From assembly GCF_006345805.1 (NCBI RefSeq), contig NW_021833040.1, positions 24,425-88,424 of the forward strand: a stretch of DNA of 64,000 bases. The letters run 5' to 3'. The position numbers and the translations under genes were made by a program. Source of the DNA: Octopus sinensis (Eukaryota). Position 1 is the stretch's first letter; every line of letters starts with the position of its first letter. This document shows positions 63,785 through 64,000 of this stretch, piece by piece. The notes beneath the pieces are model-generated. The model worked only from the letters and a program-made list of their open reading frames with translations. It ran no database searches and was not told the DNA's origin.

Positions 63785-64000
63785 TATATAAACGTATAAG
63801 TATATATATGCACATACATACATGTATATATATATGTATATATATTTTTATCCACATATAGGTATATATATATATGTATGTATATATATTTTATACATAT
63901 ATAGGTATATATATATATGTATATATATATATATTTATACATATATATATATATGTATATATATATATTTATACATATATATATATATGTATATATATAT
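63785..64000. repeat. (TA)-rich tandem repeat running to the window end
   Basis: Recurrent atatattt(t)atacatatat unit. Confidence 0.9.

Overview
This is 64 kb of AT-rich, repeat-dense eukaryotic non-coding DNA (large intron or intergenic). The SINE, LINE and microsatellite repertoire looks like Octopus or another coleoid cephalopod; this is inferred from recognition, not from a database search. No intact host gene can be supported, and almost all listed ORFs are microsatellite or low-complexity artefacts. Recognisable content: at least four tRNA-derived SINE families (about 35 copies, several with clear TSDs, nested and chimeric); decayed non-LTR retrotransposons (RTE, R4/Dong RLE-type, CR1/Jockey-like RT, several L1/Tx1 pieces); Tc1/mariner relics (a near full-length mariner pseudogene, DD37D/maT pieces, a Tc1 3' end); and two Helentron/Lep1-like non-autonomous elements. 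The most notable signals are several unrelated short repeats carrying minimal type-I hammerhead-ribozyme motifs of the Penelope-like kind, and a dense set of fold-back (long inverted-repeat) structures. Also of interest are a phase-conserved 19-bp ancient minisatellite, SINE head/tail module swapping, and a few orphan exon or micro-ORF candidates. Boundaries were read by eye and are approximate unless motifs are quoted.
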